A stretch of 48,644 bases of DNA, counting the filler, from Catajapyx aquilonaris (Eukaryota): NCBI GenBank assembly GCA_000934665.2. It is 2 parts of 2 records of this genome, joined end to end, with 100 filler letters (N's around TTAATTAATTAA, not from the genome) between each part and the next. Parts side by side here need not be neighbours in the genome. Positions count along the whole stretch, not along the records: positions 1 to 24,243 come from JYFJ02005550.1; positions 24,344 to 48,644 come from JYFJ02005553.1. The stretch is one strand, 5' to 3'. The stretch's first letter is position 1; every line of letters begins with the position of its first letter. Under the pieces are notes generated by a model that saw nothing but the letters and a program-made list of their open reading frames with translations, had not been told where the DNA came from and did no database searches. Shown piece after piece: positions 23,488 through 35,314 of this stretch. Position numbers and translations under genes: made by a program.

Positions 23488-24064
23488 CCCTTACTGGCGT
23501 GCGGGAGGCGGGAGGGTAGTCGTAGGTGGGGGCAGCGGACTGTGTCGCAAACATAGGTCTGTATCCACAAGGAAGGAAGGTTAGGCTTGGTTAGGTTAGG
23601 TTGGTACAGCATACCCCTTCCAAAATCCAAAAAAAATTACATTAGGTTGTGTCTGGGACACATGCTGCAACTTTTGCGGGCTCAACCAACATTATGTTTC
23701 ACTTTTCTCGACTATAATGGCGGGGGCATGCAGGCGTGGATACGTCTTTAAAATCGGACCAGAGGGCATGCAGGTAAACTCAAGCGTTACAGAAAAGCGT
23801 CGGTTATAGCAGACTTGGTTATAGCAGACTCGGCTATAATAGACTCAGCTATAATAGACTCGGCTATAATAGACTCAGCTATAATAGACTCGGTAATAGA
23901 CTGTAACGCTTTTCTGTAACGCTCGAGTTTGCCTGCATGCCCCCTGATCCAATTTTAAAGACGTATCCACGTCAAAAATCAATCGTTGCATCCTTGCCTT
24001 TGCGACACAGGCAAGCTGCCCCCAGCCACCACTCACCCTGCCGCCTCTCGCACGCCAGTAAGGG
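23488..24064. mobile_element. foldback/MITE with nested inverted repeats and a central 15-bp minisatellite
   Basis: CCCTTACTGGCGTGCG...CGCACGCCAGTAAGGG ends; inner inverted repeat ~23735-23799/23907-23971; array at 23800-23901. Confidence 0.7.
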
Positions 24065-24243
24065 TTACTCTTTCCATAGGTGCCACTTATATGTTACCAT
24101 AAATCTTTCCCAAATTTGGTCAAAAAATATAAGAATATGATATTCTTCTACGAGGGTCGTCCAATAAGTTCTGAGCCTAAGGTAGATGGCGTGATCTGAT
24201 AATGATGTCCTTCCACCTGAAGGTAGTGACACTCATTAGAGCA

Positions 24244-24343
24244 NNNNNNNNNNNNNNNNNNNNNNNNNNNNNNNNNNNNNNNNNNNNTTAATTAATTAAN
24301 NNNNNNNNNNNNNNNNNNNNNNNNNNNNNNNNNNNNNNNNNNN
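24244..24343. other. assembly gap (44 N + TTAATTAATTAA + 44 N)
   Basis: Exactly 100 bp with a centred 12-mer. Confidence 0.95.
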
Positions 24344-24440
24344 TAAACGAGCATCAACAAATGCTTTCCTAACAATATCACACTTATTATGAATCCCTCT
24401 TACATTAACAATGGAAAGTCGAACCTCGGAGTTTTTTAGT
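24344..24440 (-). pseudogene. LINE ORF2 AP-endonuclease N-terminal fragment running into the gap
   Basis: VRLSIVNVRGIHNKCDIV matches the NVRG start motif of APE domains. Confidence 0.55.
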
Positions 24441-24597
24441 ATTTTCTTACTACCCACCCCACCTACCCCCAAACTTCGAACATTCCCAGAATCTAGGAGA
24501 GAAACTGAACTTAAATTAGTATGACTTGCGGTTCTCCCGATCATCTCTTCTCGACCAAAAAGGAAAATAACTGGAATGTAGGTCAGGCACTCGCAGC

Positions 24598-24671
<74 letters not shown>

Positions 24672-24727
24672 CCGGGTAGTGCACGAACTTCTTACGAGTT
24701 ATATGGCACGGACCTTTATTACTTATA

Positions 24728-25255
24728 CAGGGTGTAAAGGAATTCGGGGGACAAACTTGTAGGGGTAATAGAGGGGACCAAGACAAATATATTTGACCTA
24801 GGAACCTGTGTCCGGAAATGCCATCTAGAGGGGGTTCATAGACAAGGAACGGGTGCGCTCAGGCGCGTCAGGCGGGCGGCTTTAGCGAGCAGACCGTTTA
24901 GTTGCTAGGTGGCGTGCTGATTGTACACAACTTCGCAATTTGCCATAACCTGGCAACAACAGAGCCACCTATCAACTAAAGTCAGCATGTTCGGTAGCTC
25001 ACAGATAATAAACAACAACTCTGTTGTTGCCAGGTTATAGCGAATTGCAAAGTTGCGTACAATCCGCGCGCCACCTGGCAACTAAACGGTCCGCTCGCTA
25101 ACGCCGCCCGCCTGACGCGTCTGAGCGCACCCATTCCTTGTATATGAACCCCCTCTAGAAGGCGTTTCCGGGCACGGGTTCCTATGTCAAATATGTTTGT
25201 CTTGGTCCCCTCTATTACCCCTACAAGTTTGTCCCCCGAATTCATTTACACCCTG
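24728..25255. mobile_element. Tc1/mariner MITE
   Basis: TA|CAGGGTGT...ACACCCTG|TA with ~235-bp TIRs; related to 30492-32846. Confidence 0.9.
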
Positions 25256-25351
25256 TATACATTAGTATACATCAAGACCTGATAACGTAGCGTCCGGGCC
25301 CACGGGCAGGGTGACAGAAGGGGATGTGCAAGGTGCAGTGCAATGTCTTAA

Positions 25352-25827
25352 AGGGACACTCCACTCAAAATACGAGTTGGCCCCCAAAAATCGGGCAAAA
25401 AATACGATTCCAACAACGCCAATAATTATTTTTTCCGATGAACGATGACCCCAGGGGAACCGGATCATTATGCGTATTTTGGCGATACGGTTGCAACCGT
25501 ATGCTACTGTTCACGACACCCTCGCCGCCTGTCGGCAGGAATGGGAAATGGAGCAGGCACAGCTCTGCCCGCGAATTCAAACCTGAACGTATTCGAACCG
25601 TATGCAACTGTTCACGACACCGGCGTCACCTATCGGCACTGTGCGCGCTACACTTCTCCGGTTTGCCGCGGGATGGTGTTGAATCGCCCTTCTTAGCAGA
25701 CGACGTGTGTAGATATATGATTTTCCGTGTTACCGTTGGGCATAGAAAAAAACCGATTGCACATTCGGAATCATGATTTTTTGCCCGATTTTTGGGGACC
25801 AACTTGTATTTTGAGTGCAGTGTCCCT
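25352..25827. mobile_element. Kolobok-like MITE
   Basis: TTAA TSD, AGGGACACT...AGTGTCCCT ends; TIRs resemble those of 3437-3850. Confidence 0.8.
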
Positions 25828-27449
25828 TTAACGTGGCCATTTTTAGTGAACTCCCCCGGGTGGTTTAGTCTGTTGGAAATACCACCCGAGACGAAGCCAG
25901 AGGTGACCCTGAACTCTGCACGAGATGAAGGGGGTGTCCCCTGGTTGGGATCGAAACCGGGACCTTAACATCCGTGGGCGCATACGCTGCCGCACCACCA
26001 CTCCACCTCCCGTCTCTTGCGGAGTATAAACTCAGACAATGTACAGTACATTCTGCTCCAATGACAATTAATTCGCCGCCATTCCGTATCACAACAATGA
26101 ACAATGCAGGGGTTCCCCGCCCTGCACATCGTTAGACTACTTCTATTCTGGACCACACAATGACACCACTTTCGATATTTTTCGAGCAGTAGTTTAAAAG
26201 CTACAGCCTGTGAAACATCATAATTATACATAAATATGGGCCACCCTGTAGATTTTGAAACAGAACTGTAGTGCAAAGCACACTTCTTTGTGGGTGTACG
26301 TATAGGTGGCCTACTGTACAGGTGGAAATTCGGATGATTTTTTTTTCTTCGAATGTCCATTTGGTCTCAGGAGGATATTGCCATCGCCGCTGGGTCATGT
26401 AATGATGTGGCTATGGGAACCGCTTGTGCTTTGACAGATGGTTTACAAGGCTTATTATCTATGGGGTGAAGTGAGTGTGGCAACGGCGTGATAATTCATG
26501 ATCGTGTTTAATGCGATTAGCCGGGTAATCAGATAGGTTCTACCTTTCAAGCTGCTACTGGCAACTACTGCATCGTTGATAATGTTATTGCCGGTTAACT
26601 AAAAAGTTCAATGTTATATGTCTTCAATATGCTATGATAATCTGATATATGTAAGGCTATATTATGGCGTTGCTTTTTACTGTTCGCGCCATATTATTTG
26701 TATTATGCATAGAGGGGGAAGTGAGAATATGCGAACATAAGGTAGGCCAATTTTTTTTTGTATTAGCCTACCTTGTTATGTCAAAACACAAACATTGTGA
26801 AATGTTAAACTGAGGCGTGGCTTGTAAAAAGGACTCGAGTGCTATCATGGCCGACGAGTTTGTTATGTTAGCAAGACATACCAATACGGTATGCGCGTTT
26901 TTGAGGGAACTTTATTTCTTTGTGGCGATATGCGACGTTAATCTGCAAAAACACGACCTAGGGCCCCTGCGCAAAGCAAAGGTTTGGCCTTTACAATGAT
27001 ACCATTACTCGACATGATTGCATTAAAATTCTGGACATACGTCCACAGAAATGGGTCCAATTTTCACGCGATTCCGTCCGCCATGTTAATCAAATGGACT
27101 TTTCGGAGACGCCATTTTCCGCGAACTTCAACTTACTGTAAAGGTCACTTCTAAGCCGAAAATCGAAAAAAGACGACATAGGTGCCCTGCGCCAGATCAT
27201 GTACTATTTTAAGTGCAATTTCTGTGTCGATTGCAGCATTTTTGCGGCCGTACGTCCACAGAAATGTAGACATGTCGAATCCCCATATGCTGCCAATGCA
27301 TAAGCGAGTTTGTTTAGGTCGTCGCCAAGGGCTTCATTGTTACCGTATTCTTTTGCTAATGCGCCCAAGAGGGTAATCACTTCGGTACTCCAGTGTACAC
27401 TTTTCACTGTTTTCAGTCGAGTGATTACCCCCTTGAATGCGCCGCCTTA

Positions 27450-27597
27450 GAGCCAGTTGCACCGGCCTCAGTATAACTTAGAACCTCGGGTATAACAAGA
27501 ATTGCCATAGCAATCATTGTTGACCAACAATGATTGCTATGGCAATTCTTGTTATACCCGAGGTTCTAAGTTATACTGAGGCCGGTGCAACTGGCCC
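27450..27597. mobile_element. PIF/Harbinger MITE, near-perfect 148-bp palindrome
   Basis: TTA TSD and G(A/G)GCCAGTTGCACC ends. Confidence 0.85.
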
Positions 27598-27752
27598 TTA
27601 AAGAGGCATGCCTGTATAAAACGAGGTCGACCAGCATACCGGTATAACCCGGGGGTGGCCGTCATACCGCAATAACCGAGGCATATTTCCTTAATATTTT
27701 GATCCTGTCAAAACTTTCGGAATGCATCTCGCACTGTACTAAAATAAGGTTA

Positions 27753-29338
27753 TTGTCTGACCAGAAGCTAAAGAGAGTTGGTGGGTTTTCCCCATCAACC
27801 CAAAATCCCCCACGCCAACCCACCCCCTCTAAAATGCCCCAATTCCCAACAATATTAATCCGCAAAAGGGTTCGGAAAGATCAGTTTAAAAGGAGACGTT
27901 GCCATAATTGTGGATCTGTGGTTATTATACACTAGCAGGTTACCCGGCGTTGCCCAGGTATGTTGGGGTGCTGGTAAAGGTAGGGGTATACATATAGAGT
28001 ATTTTAGAAAGTGTGTTTGTTTGTAAAAATTTCCCTTCCATAAACTCGAAACTCGATATGTATTAAAATAGGCCTTATAAGTTGCAATAAGCCAAAGTTT
28101 GTCACTCTCTGTGATAGATTACCTGCTTGTCTCATAGCGTATGTAGTCGACACAGATATTCTGATTGGATGTGTAAAAAGAGGAATGCAGATGGAGTTGG
28201 CCCAGGAAAAGACTGCACAGTCATGTGTTTTACCCCCCTGCATTTTTGATCCCTTGACCCTCCAACTCCACTTCACACCCCCACCTCGTTCCATATGTTT
28301 GCTCTGAAGAAATTTAGAAATGTACGTACAGATCTCGGTACAGATGCATGGTGGGTATGGAGAACTTCGAGTTATAGCAATTCGAGTTAGGGAAGTTTAT
28401 TTTATTGTGACCAACCAAGCTCATCATTTTCTTCGACTTATAGAGAATTTCGACTTAGGGAAGTTCGACTTATGGGAGTTTTACTGATATTGTAGTGTTC
28501 CTCATGAGGAACACCCGATGAGTAATAGGCACCGGACAGCTTTGATATAAAATATATATTCTCCAGCTCAGGTAAAACACGTCTGTTCTATCAGACAATC
28601 AGTTCACAACTCCCCCCAAACAACTCCAAACACTATATGTACACTGCTCCCATAGCAACGGTTTTCAATGCACAACTCGACCTGACAACAATACACTAAA
28701 GTTCTGTTGCCAGGACCCGAACCACTACAATATTTTATTGTACTTATTTTCGTCTGGAAGTCTAGTTGCAAATCCCACAAAATCCCGGAATGACCATATG
28801 ATACGAACTCACGTGAGGTGGCCAATTAGCGCAATTGGTGGACGTGTTGAATTTACGGCAATGCTTTAATTTCCTGTAGGTATTGTTGCATAAGGGAATT
28901 TCCATGGTAATATGAATTGATATAATGTTATTTGATGTTTATGTAAGTTAATTGTTGAGACCCGTGAAGTGAGAAGATTCGGGAATATGCGTGTTGTGGG
29001 AGTTAGGTTCATTTTCGGAAGCTGAAACATGCGGCGTTAGATTCCTTGGAAAAAGTAACCCCCGATATGCTAATTTAAGGCGGTGTAAGGGCCTTCCCCT
29101 GGATTTCTATAAGGGACAAACAAACTGACAAACTTCCTTAGTTATAGATATAGAGATATAAGAAATTGTAATAAGGCACCTTGATGGGCAACATCGTATT
29201 CCGGTCTGACCTTTCCGAACCCTTTTGCAGATTAAGATTGTCGGGAAGTGTGGCATTTTCGAGGGGGTGGGGTGGTGGTGGGGGATTTTGGGTTGATGGG
29301 AAAAACCCACCAACTCTCTCTAACTTCTGGTCAGACAA
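27753..29338. mobile_element. TA-flanked MITE (~135-bp TIRs) with an internal insertion
   Basis: TA|TTGTCTGACCAGAAG ... CTTCTGGTCAGACAA|TA. Confidence 0.75.
27931..29157 (+). mobile_element. putative non-autonomous Helitron-type (Lep1/HINE-like) element
   Basis: Starts ACTAGC...ACCCGGCGTTGCCC and ends GACAAACAAACTGACAAAC...TTATAGATATAGAGAT, a layout recalled from insect rolling-circle repeats. Confidence 0.5.
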
Positions 29339-29519
29339 TACGGTGAAAAATGTACGAGTACAGGCCTACAGGGCTGTGATAATATGCAAGTTCGTCTGTT
29401 ACACATGGCATAGAGTGTGACCAATCCCATATTCAGCCTGTTCTGAGAGGGGAACCCCCCTAAATATTACAAAGGATCGAGACAAATTCCTTCAGTCCTT
29501 CGCTTTGCTCAATACTTAA

Positions 29520-30090
29520 ATGGTCTCACAACCAAAGTAACTTTTTTTACCCTCCTGAATTTTGAAATTTTTGGGATTTTATCATTCTGCTTGGCCTATA
29601 GTGTTGAGAAAACATCACCTCCGCTGCTAATTTTCACGGTAACAGGGTCAAAATACAGCCAAAAGGCGATTTTCCAAAGCCACAACACTTGCACCCGGTC
29701 GCGAGTCGCAGGCCAGCGCCAACGAGGGATAAATAGGGTACAGGCAGGCCGTAAAGGTCCGCCATCTTTGATGGTTTTGCCATGGCACTTCATGGCAAGA
29801 ACACGCGCGAATTTGAATATTTTTGCCGTATGAGCTCCTTATTTAAAGCACTTTTCTACGTATTAATTCCGTAAGTACGGCAAAAGGATTCAAATTCGCG
29901 CGCGTGTTCTTGCCGTGCAGTGTCATGGCAAAACCATCGAAGATGGCTGACCTTTACGGCCTGCCTGTACCCTATTTATCCCTCGTGGGCGCTGGCCTGC
30001 GACTCGCGACTGGGTGCAAGTCTTGTGGCTTTGGAACATCGCCTTTTGGCTGTATTTTGACCCTGTTACCGTGGAAATTAGCAGCGGGGG
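29520..30090. mobile_element. long-TIR MITE with truncated right end
   Basis: Internal inverted repeat ~29622-29830/29876-30090; left end homologous to 12783-12900. Confidence 0.7.
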
Positions 30091-30359
30091 GTGTGGGGGG
30101 GGGGGGGAACCCCACCGCCTCGCAAAGCGAGTAGTTATGACATACAATTATATTAGAAATAACCATACAAAGTTCCTTCGCCGGTATTAAATTAAACCTC
30201 GTCCTAAAGTGCTTGATTCGCAACTTTTGATTTTGATCATCTCCGAACTGTTTCCAGTATGATTGTACGACGGAGTATGCTGCAAGCTGCATATGCATAA
30301 AAATTTAAGCGCCTCTGTTTCCTTTTCCACATTTTATAACTTATAATGTTTTAGGTATA

Positions 30360-30477
30360 TAGTCTGGTGACCCCGGGTAGCTTGCCCCCTTGGGTAACTG
30401 GTTGTTTACTGCTATCCTTTTACATATGCTGCCATGGTGATTGCTCCCGGGCAAGCTTACCCGGGGTCACCAGACTA
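30360..30477. mobile_element. small inverted-repeat element
   Basis: TAGTCTGGTGACCCCGGGTA...TACCCGGGGTCACCAGACTA; no convincing TSD. Confidence 0.6.
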
Positions 30478-30627
30478 GGGGCCTTAGTATACAGGGTGTT
30501 TATTGTAACCCTGCAAAGACTTTCAAGGGTAATAGAGGGGACCAAGACAAGCATTTTTGGCATAAGAACCCGTGTCCGGAAACGCCATCTAGAGGGGGTT
30601 CATATAGACAAGGAACGGGTGCGCTCA

Positions 30628-32404
30628 CAAGCAAACCTCCTAGGTGTGGGGATCTACTTTTTGAGAAAACTTTCAGGAATGATTAAGACTAGCTTCAGGA
30701 TCACTCTGGCATAGTCCAAACCTCTGTAAAATTCCCAGAATCCTCAGAAATTAACTCCAAACCTAATAATTGTGGGAAGCTACTTTTTGCTGAAACTTTC
30801 AGGAATGATTAAGACTAGCTTCAGGATCACTCTGGCATAGTCCAAACCTCTGTAAAATTCCCAGTAGCCCCAGAGATTGCGTCGAAAGTCCGGGCGTACG
30901 ATTGGGTCTGCCGCCCAAACTGACACTTGCAATCGCATATATGAAAAGGTGAACCCAAATGCCCTCTCCGTGCAGCCTAACAGCAAGCACTCTACTTTGT
31001 TTGACTGTGAGCTGTTTTAAACATAAGTTTATGTGGACAAAGTTGGTAATTTATTATTATACAAAAACTGTCAGTTACCCAACTTAATAGGTCCCACAGT
31101 TCGCTGCATCATGCACCTTTTCCAACGAACAGTGATGGAAGCAGAAGCATTTCTTACAGTGCGCACAGCGGAACTCGGAAACCTCAGTGCAGATATCTTC
31201 GGCGCAGTCACAAAGACTGTCAAAGTCAAAAGAGTACTGTACCGGGGTCTCTTCAAAGGCTTCAGGTCGTTCGGGAGTATATCCACACTTCCGGAATGCA
31301 TACTTGACCATATTCTGGAAGCGTGGCGCTTGGAACTGGAAGTGTGCAAGAGCATGAAGCTTCATGCAGCGCTCCCGCTGCCAGACCTTCTCGTCAATGT
31401 CCAGAGAATCAGTTATGTGCCGTACAAATCTCTTGTATGGGCGAAAGTAGTACACGTCCAGCGGCTGAATCATTCCGGTGGTGGTGCCAGCGGGAATGAT
31501 CAGCCGTTCCACCTCGAGCTGGCCGGTGTGGCCGGTGTACGTACCTGGTGGCGACACGCTGGAAGAGTTCACTATTTTTGTTGCTACTCCAAGAGTCGCA
31601 GAGAAGGAGACACTTGGTGACACCCATCTTGACCATTCCTGGATATAGGATTTGGTCCAGGAAAACCTCCATGTCATCGTTTGTCATCATAGCTGTCGTA
31701 CCGGGGAAGGCAGAAATGCTGTCCGGGAATGGTGCCATCCTCTGCGGCCACTTGCCGTGTGGTTCCTGGCTCTTCAGGTACAGTTTGTCCATGATGGTAC
31801 CGGCCATGCTGACAATAGGCATCACCATGTAGGAGTGGGTGGTGGCGGACCTTGAACCAACTTCAACATGCACCTTGTGCTCACCCTTGAAGGTGTGGGT
31901 GCGGTGAGAGTGGAGCTCCTTGTCGAATCGAGACTGGTCGCAGTTGATGACCTCCTCGGGAAGGTAGCCTTTTTCTTGAATTGTAGACTTCACCAATTTG
32001 ACGAACTCTTCTCCTTTGGCTGCGAGCTTGGCCTGGTTCTGCCAAAAACCTCGACCAACCTTGTGAGTAATAGCACGAGAAACGATTCTATGTCGTTTCT
32101 TGAAATTGTAGAGCCAGGTGTTGGAGGCCTTGAACTTCATGTTGGGGAAGAGCATCTTTTTTATTTGGATGGCCCACTGACGAATGCTTCGGTCAGTGGC
32201 ACGGTCGTTTTTTTGCCGCTTCTCGATGAATCGATCTAAAACACGTTGATTGATTCCCACAATTATTAGGTTTGGAGTTAATTTCTGAGGATTCTGGGAA
32301 TTTTACAGAGGTTTGGACTATGCCAGAGTGATCCTGGAGCTAGTCTTAATCATTCCTGAAAGTTTTCTCAAAAAGTAGATCCCCACACCTAGGAGGTTTG
32401 CTTG
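30628..32404 (-). mobile_element. Tc4/Tc5-like (pogo-related) DNA transposon, internally deleted
   Basis: 151-bp near-identical TIRs (30628-30778, 32254-32404) starting CAAGC; TSD TCA; the empty site reads CTCAG. Confidence 0.9.
31084..32253 (-). pseudogene. Tc5-like transposase (CENP-B/Tc5 HTH, DDD domain, Cys-rich tail); 5' truncated with one frameshift
   Basis: FKASNTWLYNFKKRHRIVSR, NCDQS, ATTHSY, LCDSW, TTGMIQPLDVY, C-terminal CAHCKKCFCFHHC. Frameshift at the GTACGTAC duplication (31537-31544). Confidence 0.85.
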
Positions 32405-33399
32405 TCAGACGCGTCACGCGTGAGCCGCTAGGAGAGCGGACTGTTTTTTTGATAGATGGCGCAGAGTTGTTGCCAGGTTATGGCGTATCGCGTCGTTGTC
32501 AGTAAACAACAACGCGATACGCACGCCATAACCTGGCAACAACAGAACCGCTGTTGATTATCCGCGTGTCTCCTAGGAGGCGTACATTAGTTGCTAGATG
32601 GCTCTGCTGTTGCCACGTTATGGCACATCGCATCGTTGGTTACTATCGGAGCGCCATCTATGATCTATCAACAAAACAGTCCGCTCGACTAGCGCCTCTC
32701 GCGTGACGCGTCTGAGCGCACACGTTCCTTGTCTATGAACCCCCTCTAGATGGCGTTTCCGGACACGGGTTCCTAGGTCAAATATGTTTGTCATGGTCCC
32801 CTCTATTACCCCTGAAAGTCTTTGCAGAGTTACAATAAACACCGTGTATATTTGAGTCGACTGGTGAATAAACCTACCACATTTTGTCAAATATTTTGGT
32901 GTAGCTGGGAAATGTAGTCTCAGGAAACTTTTGTAACGACATACTTGACTGAAAACTGCACACTAACGTTCCTTTTTTCATACAGGTTCTGATGATGTAG
33001 TTCCTGACGATAAAATATTAATGATCACTATTGATTTATTGAGCTTCCATAGGGCAAAGTGCGGGGAATGCAGGCCGCATAAGGCCATCAGGTGAGCCAG
33101 TTTTCTGGACAATATGGAGCTTATAGGGGTTCTCACAAACCGGTTGGAAGCTTAAAACCCTTGACAACTCACCATAAGAACATGCTTTTAAATCATAATG
33201 TAAGTTTCTTGCATTATAATAATTTTAAACACGCAATAATTATATTACGTTTCATGATTTAACTATTATTCTGTTGCATATTTTTACACCTGTATGTATA
33301 CAGTACGTATACAGTGGAACCTCAAACTTAGAACGCCCCTAACATCGAACGTTCCAGAGTTCGAACCATGATATATTGAGAAACGGTGTGATGGCTCCC

Positions 33400-33640
33400 C
33401 AGGGTCACCTACATGAGTGCCTCCCCCACCTAGACAGGGTATTGTCTCTCCGCCATATTGGAGCTAATTCACATAGGAGCTACATGCAGTGAAAAAAAAA
33501 TTGAAAAAAACTAAAACGAATCGCTTGCCAATTCCCTATCCTGCAGCATGGGGCGGCCATATTGGAGCTAGATTGCATAAGGACTACGTGAAGACAATAC
33601 CCTGGTTAGGGTGGGGGAGGCAACCATGTAGGGGACCCTG
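33400..33640. mobile_element. MITE (hAT- or P-like)
   Basis: CAGGGTCACCTACATG / CATGTAGGGGACCCTG ends with GGCTCCC repeated on both flanks. Confidence 0.7.
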
Positions 33641-34909
33641 GGCTCCCCTATCTCGCAACGCTAGCCAGTTGAAGCCCGATACGAGGACACGATGTTAGTC
33701 AGGTCGACTCCCGCCAGAGGCCCTGGCGGTTAGCATCTAATCCTGGTACGCAGCAGATGCATGGGGGGAGTTATTGCTAATGTTGACCAAATCTGTGTCT
33801 GCAGCGAATTAAACACGAAAAATTGTTTGAGGAAGAAAGCAGCAGGTACTGTACGTACTATTGTGTGAAATGGTATTGCAGGCGTTTTTCTGACTTAAGC
33901 ACTCAACAAGGGTTGGACAAAATAACAGGAACACCTGCAAAAAGCGGTTGAGACTTCGCGTCTGTTTTATTCGAAAACTGGAAAAGTTACAAAGATGATT
34001 TTTACCAGGTTTTGAATATCCGTCGATGTACATTTGTGGGGGTATGTAGATGACCCAAAAATCAGGATAGGGGAGAGAAACAAAAGACTAACGACACCCC
34101 CCAGACCCCATTTTTGACCAATGTGTTCAGTACCCTGCATTAATGGCTATGCACAGACATCGCCACCTGGCGGGATTGAGCGGAACTAGGCGTCGCACAG
34201 TGGGGTAATTTGGGTCGAAAAGTTTGACAAAATTATTTCTGTGGGTTTTTGCTTCTAAAATGTTCTGATTCATTAATTTATGAAGTAATAGAGGAAGTAA
34301 AGTAGTTTTTGGTGACAAAAAGGCAGGCAGTATAAGCGGACCTTATACTGGTACAAGCCATATATGTACGAATTACTCCATTTTGTAAGAAACTATTGCG
34401 GATTTCTCAGGATTCGTAGCCAATTTTGGATTTTAATTGTCATATTCGTGATCAGCACATTGAAATCTTTAATAAATGTCTTTAATCTTACAAGTTTGAC
34501 TTTTGTCAAAATTTGTCGCCCAGTGATTCTATCAACACGTTTTTTTTATAGATATTCAAGCTTTTTGTTGACATCTAGGCCTTGTTACTGTTGTATCAAG
34601 TCATATAATTGTCTCCATACCATGACTTTGACTCATGATGACCCTAGTTGAAAGAGAGAGAAAATAGTCGGAAAAAAAGAGGTGCAAAAAACGTTAACAA
34701 CACCGGAGAAAAATGGGGGAGGGGGGGGGGAAATGAAATGGCGGGAAAAGTCGGGCCAGATTCTTTATGAAATAGAAGGCTGACTCTTCTCTCTTCAAAA
34801 TGTCATAAATAACACAGCTCGGAAATCTTCGAAAGTATAACTTAATCATGTTTGAATATTTCACATTTGGCGAAAAAAGTCGACAAATTATTGCATAATT
34901 TCGAGGACT

Positions 34910-34916
34910 AATAATT

Positions 34917-34988
<72 letters not shown>

Positions 34989-35314
34989 CCTGGGGTAGTG
35001 CTTTCACCCCCAGATGGGGGTATATCACACGGACCTTTATTTTATTATTGTACATTGGTGCCTATTCATTGAAGCGCCCGGGCCCAGGGGCAGGATGACA
35101 GGAGGGGATGTGCGAAGTGCAGTGCGCGGACTGTTATGGGTACATTTTGTGAACTCCCCCGGGTGGTTTAGTCTAAGGAAATACCACCCGAGACGAAGCC
35201 AGAGACGACCTAAACTCTGCACGAGATGAAGGGGGNGGGAACCGGGCTGGGATCGAACCCGGGACCTTAACATCCGTGGGCGCGTACGTTACCGCAGCGC
35301 CACTCCGCCTCCCC
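34910..35314 (-). mobile_element. tRNA-Arg-like SINE
   Basis: Paralog of 17226-17556 with a long (TTA)n tail. Confidence 0.88.

Larger units (their letters stand above)
24599..26011 (-). mobile_element. tRNA-Arg-like SINE interrupted by two MITEs
   Basis: Colinear with 17226-17556 once 24728-25255 and 25352-25827 are removed. Confidence 0.85.
30492..32846. mobile_element. Tc1/mariner MITE hosting the Tc5-like element
   Basis: TA|CAGGGTGTTTATTGTAAC ... GTTACAATAAACACCGTG|TA; arms homologous to 24728-25255. Confidence 0.85.

Noticed and set aside
23800..23901. CRISPR-like array
   Set aside because: Head-to-tail repeats with no unique spacers, in a eukaryotic intron.
24288..24299. TTAATTAATTAA motif
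   Set aside because: Centred in a 100-bp N gap; a scaffolding spacer artefact.
31033..32239. Plus-strand ORFs of 195 aa and 123 aa
   Set aside because: Antisense shadows of the Tc5-like transposase.
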